From Flaccisagitta enflata (lineage: Eukaryota), in the NCBI GenBank assembly GCA_965153355.1, contig OZ231126.1:10602001-10666000 (forward strand): 64,000 nt of DNA. Direction: 5' to 3'. A model generated the notes under the pieces. The model did no database searches. It saw only the letters and a list, made by a program, of their open reading frames with translations, and was not told where the DNA came from. Every line of letters begins with the position of its first letter. The first letter of the stretch is position 1. The position numbers were made by a program, and so were the translations under genes. Shown piece by piece: positions 40,916 through 53,480 of the stretch.

Positions 40916-41799
40916 TGTTAGAAATGTATGTCTGTCCGCCTACTGGGTATGTGTGCTTTTGTTTCTTTTGCGTGCTTTTGGCTTTTCCTCTTTTCTTATT
41001 ATTCAATGCCGGTGTCTTTTGTTTCTCGCCATTTTTATAATGAAGGCTAGATGGGTAACCATATGGTTGCGCCTTGTATTTTGTGCCATTTGTTTTTTAT
41101 TACGTAAACAAACATACGTATCTCGTCTTCGTGTCATCCAATTTTGGATTGATTGTTTTTATTTATTTGCGGCATTGCTTCCTAAAGTGATTGATTGAGT
41201 TTTTCGTGATTGATTGAATGTGCCCTTGGAATTTACTAATTTCAATAATCTCTCATCTTTTTATTGCAGATAAACTTATGAGCGGACAATTAACGTTAGT
41301 TTGACATCGACAGACTGTGGGTTGAAACCAACGAAAGTGGGCCTAAAAGTAAGTTTTATAGACGCGTTTTCGTTTCAGTAACGTTGTTTTTATCTTGTAT
41401 TCCGGTCTGTTATTCTTGTTTTTTGCGTTTTTTGCATTTTTATCGCCGGATTTTAGTATGGTTTTTATCGTTTGCCCGATCAGCTTACTATGGGGATGAT
41501 ATGGATGAATTTAATGGGATGGGCCGGGGCAGGGGCAGGTATTATCAGGTGGCATGGGCTCTGAAGAAGATGAACATGTTGTCATGTGCTGTTTCTGTCC
41601 TTTATTGTGTCCTGTCTCGATTTCATGTTATCTTTTGCGTTTGCTGATCACCTTTAACGCCCACTTTCCCTTTTTATTTTATCCCCTCTCTTCAGTTGTT
41701 GAAATTTTTATGGAATAAACGAGACGATCGCCTTCCTATTTTCCAATCGGCCAACTTTCTTTCACCACAAGTCGTCAGTCAGATAGACGCTCATAGACA
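40916..41799 (+). repeat. 3' LTR
   Basis: Direct repeat of the 5' LTR with patchy differences; AATAAA at 41714. Confidence 0.85.
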
Positions 41800-41832
41800 G
41801 TGCCAGTTGAAACTCGTGGGCGTAATTTATAG

Positions 41833-44800
41833 TTTGAGTGTATGTGGTGATGCAGATACTGGATACTGGATACTGGATACCTGATTCTCTCTTATTAGAT
41901 AAGACTTTTTTTATTTCATATAATGGTGTGACAAAAGACTTTTAGGTGACACGGACATGTTAATTAGGCCTGTTTTATGCTTCAGTAAGATCATAGAGAA
42001 TGAAATGAATGACCTTTTACTGATTTAAACTAATTCATCAAAGATGGTGGCGCAGATACTGGATACTGGATACTGGATACTGGATACTGGATACTGGATA
42101 CTGGATACTTGATTCTCTGTAAGCCTAGAAAATGTTGTCTTTTTGTTTTAAACATGCGACCCTTGACCCTTAATGCTAGTCTACAGTATCTAAGCTCAGA
42201 CTAGAGTCCATTGTTTGAGTGTATGTGGTGATGCAGATACTGGATACTGGATACTGGATACTGGATACCTGATTCTCTCTTATTAGATAAAACTTTTTTT
42301 ATTTCATATAATGGTGTGACAAAAGACTTTTAGGTGACACGGACATGTTAATTAGGCCTGTTTTATGCTTCAGTAAGATCATAGAGAATGAAATGAATGA
42401 CCTTTACTGGTTTAAACTAATTCATCAAAGATGGTGGCGCAGATACTGGATACTGGATACTGGATACAGGATACTGGATACTGGATACTGGATACTTGAT
42501 TCTCTGTAAGCCTAGAAAATGTTGTCTTTTTGTTTTAAACATGCGACCCTTGACCCTTAATGCTAGTCTACAGTATCTAAGCTCAGACTAGAGTCCATTG
42601 TTTGAGTGTATGTGGTGATGCAGATACTGGATACTGGATACTGGATACCTGATTCTCTCTTATTAGATAAGACTTTTTTTATTTCATATAATGGTGTGAC
42701 AAAAAACTTTTAGGTGACACGGACATGTTAATTAGGCCTGTTTTATGCTTCAGTAAGATCAAAGAGAATGAAATGAATGACCTTTTACTGGCTTAAACTA
42801 ACTCATTAAAGATGGTGGCGCAGATACTGGATACTGGATACTGGATACTGGATACTGGATACTGGATACTGGATACTTGATTCTCTGTAAGCCTAGAAAA
42901 TGTTGTCTTTTTGTTTTAAACATGCAACCCTTGACCCTTAATGCTAGTCTACAGTATCTAAGCTCAGACTAGAGTCCATTGTTTGAGTGTATGTGGTGAT
43001 GCAGATACTGGATACTGGATACTGGATACTGGATACCTGATTCTCTCTTATTTGATAAGACTTTTTTTATTTCATATAATGGTGTGACAAAAGACTTTTA
43101 GGTGACACGGACATGTTAATTAGGCCTGTTTTATGCTTCAGTAAGATCATAGAGAATGAAATGAATGACCTTTTACTGGTTTAAGTTAATTCATCAAAGA
43201 TGGTGGCGCAGATACTGGATACTGGATACTGGATACTGGATACTGGATACTGGATACTGGATTCTGGATACTTGATTCTCTGTAAGCCTAGAAAATGTTG
43301 TCTTTTTGTTTTAAACATGCGACCCTTGACCCTTAAAGCTAGTCTACAGTATCTAAGCTCAGACTAGAGTCCATTTTTTGAGTGTATGTGGTGATGCAGA
43401 TACTGGATTCTGGATACTGGATACTGGATACCTGATTCTCTCTTATTAGATAAGACTTTTTTTATTTCATATAATGGTGTGACAAAAAACTTTTAGGTGA
43501 CACGGACATGTTAATTAGGCCTGTTTTATGCTTCAGTAAGATCAAAGAGAATGAAATGAATGACCTTTTACTGGCTTAAACTAATTCATTAAAGATGGTG
43601 GCGCAGATACTGGATACTGGATACTGGATACTGGATACTGGATACTGGATACTGGATACTGGATACTGGATACTTGATTCTCTGTAAGCCTAGAAAATGT
43701 TGTCTTTTTGTTTTAAACATGCGACCCTTGACCCTTAATGCTAGTCTACAGTATCTATGCTCAGACTAGAGTCCATTGTTTAAGTGTATGTGGTGATGCA
43801 GATACTGGATACTGGATACTGGATACTGGATACCTGATTCTCTCTTATTAGATAAGACTTTTTTTATTTCATATAATGGTGTGACAAAAGACTTTTAGGT
43901 GACAAGGACATGTTAATTAGGCCTGTTTTATGCTTCAGTAAGATCATAGAGAATGAAATGAATGACCTTTTACTGGTTTAAACTAATTCATCAAAGATGG
44001 TGGCGCAGATACTGGATACTGGATACTGGATACTGGATACTGGATACTGGATACTGGATACTGGATACTTGATTCTCTGTAAGCCTAGAAAATGTTGTCT
44101 TTTTGTTTTAAACATGCGACCCTTGACCCTTAATGCTAGTCTACAGTATCTAAGCTCGGACTAGAGTCCATTGTTTGAGTGTATGTGGTGATACAGATAC
44201 TGGATACTGGATACTGGATACTGGATACTGGATACCTGATTCTCTCTTATTAGATAAGACTTTTTTATTTCATATAATGGTCTGAGAAAAAACTTTTAAG
44301 TGACACGGACATGTTAATTAGGCCTGTTTTATGCTTCAGTAAGATCAAAGAGAATGAAATGAATGACCTTTTACTGGCTTAAACTAATTCATTAAAGATG
44401 GTGGCGCAGATACTGGATACTGGATACTGGATACTGGATACTGGATACTGGATATTGGATACTGGATACTGGATACTGGATACTTGATTCTCTGTAAGCC
44501 TAGAAAATGTTGTCTTTTTGTTTTAAACATGCGACCCTTGACCCTTAATGCTTGTCTACAGTATCTAAGCTCAGACTAGAGTCCATTGTTTGAGTGTATG
44601 TGGTGATGCAGATACTGGATACTGGATACTGGATACTGGATACCTGATTCTCTCTTATTAGATAAGACTTTTTTTATTTCATATAATGGTGTGACAAAAG
44701 ACTTTTAGGTGACACGGACATGTTAATTAGGGCTGTTTTATGCTTCAGCAAGATCATAGAGAATGAAATGAATGACCTTTAACTGATTTAAACTAATTCA

Positions 44801-45665
44801 TCAAAGATGGTGGCGCAGATACTGGATATTGGATACTGGATACTGGATACTGGATACTGGATACTTGATTCTCTAAGCCTAGAAAATGTTGTCTTTTTGT
44901 TTTAAATATGCGACCCTTGACCCTTAATGCTAGTCTACAGTATCTAAGCTCAGACTAGAGTCCATTGTTTGAGTGTATGTGGTGATGCAGATACTGGATA
45001 CTGGATACTGGATACTGGATACCTGATTCTCTCTATTAGATAAGACTTTTTTTATTTCATATAATGGTGTGACAAAAAACTTTTAGGTGACACGGACATG
45101 TTAATTAGGCCTGTTTTATGCTTCAGTAAGATCAAAGAGAATGAAATGAATGACCTTTTACTGGCTCAAACTAATTCATTAAAGATGGTGGCGCAGATAC
45201 TGGATACTGGATACTGGATACTGGATACTGGATACTGGATACTGGATACTTGATTCTCTGTAAGCCTAGAAAATGTTGTCTTTTTGTTTTAAACATGCGA
45301 CCCTTGACCCTTAATGCTAGTCTACAGTATCTAAGCTCAGACTAGAGTCCATTGTTTGAGTGTATGTGGTGATGCAGATACTGGATACTGGATACTGGAT
45401 ACTGGATACTGGAAGTTCTCTTATTAGATAAAACTTTTTTCATTTCATATAATGGTGTGACAAAAGACTTTTAGGTGATACGGACATGTTAATTGGGCCT
45501 GTTTTATGCTTTAGTAAGATCATAGAGAATGAAATGAATGACCTTTTACTGATTTAAACTAATTCATCAAAGATGGTGGCGCAGATACTGGATACTGGAT
45601 ACTGGATACTGGATACTGGATACTGGATACTGGTAACTTGATTCTCTGTAAGCCTAGAAAATGTT
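41833..45665. repeat. Continuation of the same satellite (~10 monomers) up to the gap
   Basis: The monomer resumes at TTTGAGTGTATGTGG, the register where it was interrupted at 33266. Confidence 0.97.
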
Positions 45666-45675
45666 NNNNNNNNNN
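45666..45675. other. Assembly gap (10 N)
   Basis: Run of n. Confidence 1.
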
Positions 45676-45850
45676 CCCTGCTCTCACTCACTTCTTCTGC
45701 TAATCACTCCAAGCAGGGCATCGGGTACCGCTGACCATGAGCCATGAGCTGACCATTAGCTCACTGCTCCTGCCCAAATTATTCAGTGACCTTCTAGGAT
45801 TCTCAGTCACTGCCCCTGCTCACTGGGGTAGCCGCGTATCCAGCCTTGTT
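45676..45850 (+). mobile_element. 3' fragments of two HINE-like families
   Basis: CAGGGCATCGGGTACCGCTGACCATG matches 48658-48684; GGGGTAGCCGCGTATCCAGCCTTGTT matches the HINE 3' end. Confidence 0.65.
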
Positions 45851-45982
45851 TACTCCCGTATCTACTAGTTGTGATTCTTGTTTGCTTGTCCATTTACTGT
45901 TTTTTATTAATGTTCGCTCATTCTTACCCTATTTTCAATTTCAGTATTTTTATTTAATGTCCTTATGTATTCTTGTTTCAGT

Positions 45983-46075
45983 TTTTTAGTCGCGTGATAC
46001 GCGACTCTATAAGCCACTTTTCGGTCCGTCGGTCTGTCCGTTGGTTGGTCGGTCCATCACAAAGTCGTCTAAAAG
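45983..46075 (+). mobile_element. HINE-like 5' fragment
   Basis: TTTTAGTCGCGTGATACGCGACTCTA followed by GTCG/GTCC repeats. Confidence 0.7.
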
Positions 46076-46220
46076 GTTTTTAGCGTTTTGAGACATTGTA
46101 AGGTCTTAAAGGCATTAACATGACCTCCCCCATACACGGCATGATTGGGGAGACATCTCATGTTCTCACCATGACCTGTCATATACATTCATGAGTTAGC
46201 AACTAACACCTAGGGAGAAG

Positions 46221-46428
46221 AAACAAGGCCGGATACACAGCTACCCCAGTCACGTGCGGGTGGGCAGGGGCCATATTCGAGGTCAGTGGAGCATTTGAGC
46301 AGGAGCGATATAGCCAAAAAACCCATAAAGGCCGAAAAGTAAAGTGTGACGGACGGACCGACGGACGGAAGGACGGACGGACGGACCGACAAAGCGGGGT
46401 GTAGAGTCGCGTAGCACGCGACTAAAAA
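46221..46428 (-). mobile_element. Complete short HINE/DINE-like element
   Basis: AACAAGGCCGGATACAC...(GGAC)n...AGAGTCGCGTAGCACGCGACTAAAAA; reverse complement has the same ends as 13805-15609. Confidence 0.8.
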
Positions 46429-46555
46429 GAAGAAGAAGTGGAAGAAGAGGAAGAAGAGGAAGAAGAAGAAGGTCGATGAAAGGGCCATGATTCCAATGTA
46501 CGAAAGAGGATGTACCATGTATCATTGTCATTGCTGCGCGTCATATTGAAGATGT

Positions 46556-46720
46556 TGAAGAAGAAGAAGAAGAAGAAGAAGAAGAAGAAGAAGAAGAAGA
46601 AGAAGAAGAAGAAGAAGAAGAAGAAGAAGAAGAAGAAGGAGAAGGAGAAGAAGGTGAAGAAGAAGAAGAGGATGGAGAAGAAAAAGATGGAGAACAAGAA
46701 GATGGAGAAGAAGGAAAAGA
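46556..46720. repeat. (GAA)n microsatellite, decaying to the right
   Basis: Pure AAG run followed by variants. Confidence 0.95.
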
Positions 46721-47177
46721 TAATTAGCGTTGGGTCTCAATAGCGTCGCAGACAGGGGGGAGGCAGGGAAATTGCGTATTTTGATACTATCACTTGAGGA
46801 TCACAGACAGACTGATGGACCAAATGGGCAGATGGACAATGCCTATCATAGAGTCAAGTCTGCGACTGTAAAAAAGGAGCGTGCAATACATAGTGACTAG
46901 CTTACTAATGCCACACAAAGTACTATTCAATAACCAAAAAAATTACCAAATTTGCATGTGCATGCTCTCGTTAAGGTTCGATCTAGCGGGAAATCTGTGT
47001 CATCGGAGGCTCGAAATGACGTCGAAAAGACAAAAAAGTAGTATTTTTAAAATCAAAAGTAAATTTGCTAAAATTCATCTAAATGAGTTGAAACTTTACA
47101 AATATCTTCTAAACACCCTCTAGTGCTGTAAACATATCGAGATGGGTCATAACATAGCTTTACGGGCCATACTAATA

Positions 47178-47872
47178 GAGAGACGTGAAAAGACATAAGA
47201 AGACATGAAAAACATAAAGAGACATGAGGAAACATGAGGAGACATAAGGAGACATGAAGGGACATGAAAAGAAATAAAACAACATAAAGAGACATGAAAA
47301 CACATGAAGAGACATGGGGAGACAAGAGGAGACAAGAGGAGACATGGAAGTTTATGTGGAGACATAAATCATGAAAACAGATGTGGAGACATAAGGAGAC
47401 ATGAAATGTCATGAAGAGACATAAACAGTAATGAATAGACATAAAGGGATAAGAAGAGACATAAGGAGACATTAGGACACATGGAAAGACATAAAGATCC
47501 CTTCATCACTTACAATCTTTCCCTGTAGTCTTCTGAGGAAAAGGTGTATGCAATCCTACACAGCTAAATGCACCTAGGCTACACACAGACTTTGATTTTC
47601 TAAGATCAAAAAAATTCCATTTCTTTTTCTCTCCCTTTCTCTTTCTTCAAGACAACAGCCTGGCCTCACATGCTTGACTCGATCAAGAGAGAGGGAGACA
47701 TGAAGAGGAATAAGGAGATATTAGCAGGTGTGAGGAGATACCAAGAGACATGACCAGACATAACCAGACATGAGGAGACATGAAGAGAGACAAGGAGACA
47801 TGAAGAATTACAAGAAAACATAAGGAGACATGAGTAGGCATAAGGAGACAAGAGACATGAACAGAAATTGAC
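47178..47872. repeat. Degenerate 10-bp minisatellite (GAGACATRAR)n in two blocks
   Basis: GACATGAAGA/GACATAAGGA periodicity at 47178-47497 and ~47690-47872. Confidence 0.85.
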
Positions 47873-47935
47873 AAAATATGTTAGAAATGGTGTTTAGAAA
47901 ATTTTAAATGGTGTTTAGAAATTTTTGGGCTATGG

Positions 47936-47968
47936 ACCCTAACCCTAACCCTAACCCTAACCCTAACC
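47936..47968. repeat. Short interstitial (CCCTAA)5 telomere-type repeat
   Basis: ACCCTAACCCTAACCCTAACCCTAACCCTAACC. Confidence 0.85.
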
Positions 47969-48064
47969 ATCCTCTCCTTCATCAAGTTCATGTTCACAAA
48001 AAATCTATCTCAGGATTAGTGAAACTGAAAAGACGAACCGATGGCGATGATTCTTTGTCAGATT

Positions 48065-48067
<3 letters not shown>

Positions 48068-48151
<84 letters not shown>
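48068..48151. repeat. (AG)n microsatellite
   Basis: Pure AG run; a second run lies at 48697-48720. Confidence 0.95.
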
Positions 48152-48153
<2 letters not shown>

Positions 48154-48158
48154 ATCCC

Positions 48159-48695
48159 TTTTTGGGCAGCGGCCCCTAAGGGCCGATGTCCTGTAGAACA
48201 CAGGGGGGAATTTCCAGACGTCCGTCCGTCCGTCCGTCCATCCTTCCGTCCTTCCGTCCTTCCCTTGTTGGCTATCAAGACCTAAGATTTGCCCTCCCAG
48301 CCCTCGATTTAGCCTTTGAGGCCTTTAATCAGCCTTCCAGGCTTATAATCAGTCCATTCAGCCTCAAATCCGACCTCAAGACCTCAAATCTGACCTCCAG
48401 ACCTTCAATTAGCCTCTAAAGCATCAAAACAGCCCTTCATGGTTCATATATGCCCTCAAAACCTCAAATCTGCTCTCCAAGCCTTAATTCTGCCCTCCAG
48501 CCTTCAAATATGCCCTCAGTGGCCTAAATTAGTCATCTAAGGCCTGAATTATGCCCCCTCAGGACGTCTGGAAATTCCCCCCTGTGTTCTACAGGACATC
48601 GGCCCTTTGGGGCCGCTGCCCTGCTCTCACTCCACTTCATCACTGGATCACTCCCAGCAGGGCATCGGGTACCGCTGACCATGTGCGATCCTTGA
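48159..48695 (+). mobile_element. Non-autonomous element with ~60-bp asymmetric inverted repeats, GTCC microsatellite and 3' tail (HINE-like family 2)
   Basis: GGGCAGCGGCCCC...TGTCCTGTAGAACACAGGGGGGAATTTCCAGACGTCC (48163-48223) inverted at 48562-48622, then a ~70-bp tail. Confidence 0.75.
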
Positions 48696-50286
48696 CAGAG
48701 AGAGAGAGAGAGAGAGAGAGATCACCCCTCCCATGGGACTAAACCCTACCCTTGAAATCAACTCTCAAAACCTAGGCTTAATTGCATCTTTTATGCCTTT
48801 TGAATATCTGAACTGAAACTCCTCAAAAGATTCCTTATTTGAGAATTTGTTTTCAATGTTAATCCTTTGACATTTTGATACAAGATAAGCCCCTTATTCC
48901 TGCCCCCCTAAAAAACCTATATGTTGATAACGAAAGTTGAAGAAGAAGGTCATGAATATTCCTTTTGGATGAGTGAGATTGGTTGACAGACAGTGTCCTC
49001 CCACCAGAACAAGACATGAAACAGAAAGATACTTGAGAACTGGACATCTTCAAGAGTCAAGATTTATAATAGAATACAAAAAATTCACATATGAAATGTG
49101 GCTGAAGATTTTGATCAGGAGAAGACAATATCTGCAATATGCAAATGATTTCATGGGTTTTTAAAGGTGTAGCCAATCTTCCTCTTGACCTGTAGTTTTA
49201 CAAAAACGTGCTCTCCAAAACCAAAAATGTTTGATTGATTGATAAACATCATCAAAAAGATTCTGCCTATACAGTTCTGCATCCATTGACTAAAATTTTT
49301 GCCAAATCCAAATCAGGGCCATTTTTGTAAGAGGAAAACAAGATTTTTCCATTAGTTAGTACTTTGACTTGCTTCCGGCCAGATTCAATATCATTTGCAT
49401 ATTGTAGAGTGCAATTAGACCTCTCTTTTTATATTGTTTAATCAATTTTTCTTTTCTTATTACTTCAGAAATGCTTTTGATTGAAATCCATGAACTATAA
49501 ATTTGATCCATATTTTGTTCATGTCAGAAGATATCTTTTGTGATGTAGATTTAATAGTTTCATTCATTGGGATGTAAAAGTATTTGTAAAAATAAAATAT
49601 TCCAGAGCAATATTCTCCTTAGCTGCATTGGTCATACTTCATCTCAATTATTGGGGCTCACTGCAACCTAATCTTATATCCTTAACTATATCTTTGCCCT
49701 TCCCTTTAGACATATCTGAAAACCTGTCAATACCCTTTTGACCCATTCATGAGCAACCTTGCCATTTTAAAATGAGAACTAACAGACAGAGAACCGTCCA
49801 TTTGTCTTCCACCCATTTTTCAGACATTTTATGCAACTAAAACAGTAAAAAAGACTTAGAAGGGCACTGTCAATCTCATTTGCATATAGCAGCACTACAG
49901 TGACCAAGAAAAAATCTCCCTGAATGCCCTTTTTTTTTCAGGCATTGATTGGTCTCTAGTAGATCATTGGTCCATCAGTCTAACAATCAAGTCCATCTCT
50001 TGATGTCTGCAACGCTTAAGAGTCATTCTGTAATTGGACCCCTATCATATTGGAATTCATTTTGCTCTTAACAGTCTCTTAACAGTCTGTCACTCCTCAA
50101 AGAGTGTTAGGCTAACTTAGATAACCTAATAACCAATCTTTGCGTTTCTGAAAAAGTTTAATCTAGTTCCTCCATTCAGATTTTCTGACATACCAGTCTA
50201 TGCCCTCTACACCCATTGACTCACGAGCCATCTGACCAGTTGTTAGTGAGAGTTAGGAGATAGAGAACCTTCCACTTGTTCCCCCC

Positions 50287-50440
50287 TTTTTTAGTCACTG
50301 ACACGCGACTCTACACCTTGCTGTGTCGGTCGGTAGGTCGGTCGGTTGGTAGGTCACATTTTTGAATTCCAAGCGGTTTTCGCATTACTGCTCCTGCCCA
50401 ACCGTCCGCGACTGGATTGCCGTGTATCTGGCCTTGTTTT
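50287..50440 (+). mobile_element. Short HINE-like element
   Basis: TTTTAGTCACTGACACGCGACTCTA...GGTC repeats...GCGACTGGATTGCCGTGTATCTGGCCTTGTT. Confidence 0.75.
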
Positions 50441-51363
50441 CAACCAATTTTGCAGCCAAATCAGTATGAAACACTAAGAGGGGACACTGTCAATCCTATT
50501 TGCATATTGCAGCTCTACAGTAACGAAGACCAAACTTCCTGAATGTCATTTTTCGAAGGTGCATGAATCAGCATTTTGTAGATCATTAGTCCATCAGTCT
50601 GACAGTCAAGTCCATTTCTTGATATCTGCAAAGCCTCAGAGCCATTCCATGTTCTGACCACTATCTTTTATGACTTGATTTTGTTCCTTACAGTCTTACA
50701 AAGACCTAGAAAATCCCATAAACTTGATCATGTATAGAGATAAATAATACTATGATTAAAATCTTCCCATTAATAAAGTAAATTCCCTTCACCCTTTTTG
50801 ACTCACGAGTCAAGGGCGATCTGGTTGGCTTTTAACAAAACTAACAGATGGAGACCTATTCATTTGTCTTCCTTTCTTTTTTTTTTAATGATTCATGCAG
50901 TTGAAACAGTATAAATATTCAGTAGGGAAACTGTCAATCTCATTTGCATATTGCAGCTCTATAGTAATCTAATAAAAACATCCTGAATATCATTTCTTTC
51001 AGGGGCAATAAATGATATCTAGTAGATCATTGGTCTAATAATCCAATACGTAGGTCTATCTCTTGATTTCAGCAATGCCTAAGAGTCCTCACATAATTGG
51101 ACCATTTTTATGTAGAAATTCATTTTGCTCCAAATAATCTTACAGAGACCAAAGAAATAACTTTCCTTGCTTAGTAATGACATGTGTGTTAACTTTTCTC
51201 CCCCTCAATGAATCATTGACTTGCAAGCAATTTGGCAAAATTTGAAAGAGAATTAATTGTCTTCTACCCTTTTTTTCAACACATCATGCAGCCAAAACCG
51301 TATAAAAGACTCAAAGGGACACTGTCAATCTTATTTGCATATTGCAGTTCTATAGTGACCATA

Positions 51364-51511
51364 AAACAAGGCCGGATACATGGGTACCCTAGTCGCGTGT
51401 GGGTGGGCAGGAGCCGAAAAAGTAAAAAGGGGACCGACCGACAATCTGACCGACCAACCGACCGACCAATTAACATAGCGGGTGTAGAGTCGCGTAGCAT
51501 GCGACTAAAAA
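51364..51511 (-). mobile_element. Short HINE-like element
   Basis: AACAAGGCCGGATACA...GACC repeats...GAGTCGCGTAGCATGCGACTAAAA, inserted in the A-run of a tandem unit. Confidence 0.78.
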
Positions 51512-51800
51512 CTTCCTAAATGACTTATTTTTAGGCGCTTAAATTGGCCTTCAGTCAATAATTAGTTCATCAGTCTAACAGTCAAATTCATCTCTTGATA
51601 TCTGCAATACCTAAGAGCCATTGCATAATTTGAGCACTATCATTTTGGAATTCATTTTGCTCCTTAAAGTCAAACAAACACCTAAAATCAGATTTCTTAA
51701 CAAACCAGTCTATGCTTTTTCACCAATTGACTAACGAGCCATCTGACCAGTTGTTAGGGATGATTAAGAGATAGACAACCTTCCTCTTGTTTTCCACACC

Positions 51801-51968
51801 TTTTTTAGTCGCATGCTTGCAACTCTACAACCTGCTTTGTCCATCTGTCCGTGGATGGGTTGGTCCCAATTTCACTATTTTTAATGATTTTATTTCTTTG
51901 ACCTCACTGCTCCTGCCTAAATGGTCTAGTGACCTCAGATATGGCCCCTGCCCACCCACATACAACTT
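51801..51968 (+). mobile_element. Degraded HINE-like element
   Basis: TTTTAGTCGCATGCTTGCAACTCTA...ATATGGCCCCTGCCCACCC, similar to the reverse complement of 46221-46428. Confidence 0.7.
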
Positions 51969-52394
51969 CGATAGCCTTTCATGCAGCTGAAACAGTATGA
52001 AAGATTTAGTAGGGACACTGCCTATCTCATTTGCATATTGCAGCTCTATAGCGACCTAATAAAAACTTCCTGAATGTCTTCTTTTTTCAGGGGCATTGAT
52101 TGGTCTTTACTAGATCATTGGTCTATTAATCCAATACATAGGTCCATATCTTGACTTCAGCAATGTCTAAGAGTTATCTCATATCTGGACCACTTTTATA
52201 ATGAGATTCATTTTGCTCCTAACAGTTTTACAGAGTCCCAAAAAACAATGTCCGACTTTGCTTACCATGGTTTATTATGACGTGAATGTTATCTCAGTTC
52301 TTCCCCTAATTAACCATTGACTGGCAAGCAATCTGGCAAAATTAGAATGAGAATCAAGAAAGGGAGATTCATTCAATTGTCTTCTATCCCTTCT

Positions 52395-52920
52395 TGGGCA
52401 ATGGCCCAAAAGGTGATGAACTCCTGTAGAACACAGAGGGACTTTTGTTTGTCCATTCGTTTGTCCCCCTCAGGCCCTCTCAGGCTTGAAATCTGCCCTC
52501 TCAGGCCTGAAATCTGCCTTCTCAGGCCTAAAATCTGCCCTCTCAGGCCTGAAATCTGCCTTCTCAGGCCTAAAATCTTCCCTCTCAGGCCTGAAGTCTG
52601 CCCTCTCAGATCTTAAATCTGCCCTGTTGAGCCTGAAATATGCTCTCTCAGGCCTGGAATCTGCCCTCTCAGAATCAAGGCTTGAAACGGCAGATTTCAG
52701 GCCTGAGAGTGTAGATTTCAGGCCTGAGTGAGCAGATTAAAGGCCTGATAGGGCCTGGGGGAAATGGATGGTCGGATGGACAAAAGAAGGAACAAAAGTC
52801 CTCCTGTGTTCGACAGGACTTTGTCCTCTTTGGGGCTTCTGCCCTACTTCCTTTTATTCCAATTCACAACTAAGCAAAGCAGGGCAACGGGTATTGCTGA
52901 CCACATATTGTCCTTGGGCG
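52395..52920 (+). mobile_element. Diverged family-2 element with internal 21-bp minisatellite
   Basis: TCCTGTAGAACACAG / CTGTGTTCGACAGGA inverted pair, (CTCAGGCCTGAAATCTGCCCT)n, and AGCAGGGCAACGGGTATTGCTGACCA tail. Confidence 0.7.
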
Positions 52921-53361
52921 ATAATGTCTTATGAAGCCAGAATAGTACAAACGGCTCAGAAGGTACACTTTCAATCTAATTTGCATTTTGCAGCTCTATA
53001 GTGACCACAAAAAAACTTCCTGAATGTCATTTTTTTCAGGTGCATAGGTCAGCCTTCAGTAGATCAATAGTATATCAGTCTAACAGTTAAGTCAATCTCT
53101 TGATATATGCAATGCCTAAGAGCTATTCCATGATTTGACCACTACTATATTGGAACTCATTCTGCTCCTTGCAGTCTTAACAAATACCTAAAAAATCACC
53201 CAAAATTGCATAAGGATAAGGCATTTCTGATTGTTTAATTTAGTACTTCTCTTGGCGGTCCTAACAAACCTGTCTACGCCTAATGTACCCAGTTTATCTT
53301 AGCCATTCTATGCAATGTGAGACAGAGAAAGATAGAGTGACCTATGACCACAGCTGCATAA

Positions 53362-53480
53362 TTAGGTGCGACAAAGCACCTCTAGAACTGGCTGTGTCCA
53401 ACAGTTGGTCATTCGTTTGGTCAGTTGATTGGTAGGTCATTCATTTGATGATCCACACGTCGCACCCTACTTGGCCTTGT
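53362..53480 (+). mobile_element. Short diverged HINE-like element
   Basis: TTAGGTGCGACAAAGCACCT hairpin...GTCGCACC...TTGGCCTTGT. Confidence 0.55.

Larger units (their letters stand above)
33277..41832 (+). mobile_element. BEL/Pao LTR retrotransposon, defective (RT/RNase H and integrase core missing)
   Basis: Two ~0.9-kb direct repeats starting TGTTAGAAATG. Internal gag with triple Cys/His motif, DSG protease, and BEL-type LNPFVDDDGVLRVGSRL and FWKSWRVEYL integrase segments. Confidence 0.93.
49700..53300. repeat. Old degenerate tandem array (~390-470 bp unit, ~6 units) with conserved GGGACACTGTCAATCTCATTTGCATATTGCAGCTCTATAG core
   Basis: Core at ~49862, 50481, 50925, 51316, 52012, 52961, with shared downstream TAGATCATTGGTC...TCTCTTGA...CCTAAGAG blocks. 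Confidence 0.85.

Noticed and set aside
46971-47140. Possible Kolobok-like MITE end (TTAA-GG...)
   Set aside because: No matching second terminus or TSD found.
46422-47874. Poly-K, poly-F, poly-L and MSPHVS-type ORFs
   Set aside because: Products of the GAA microsatellite and the 10-bp minisatellite.
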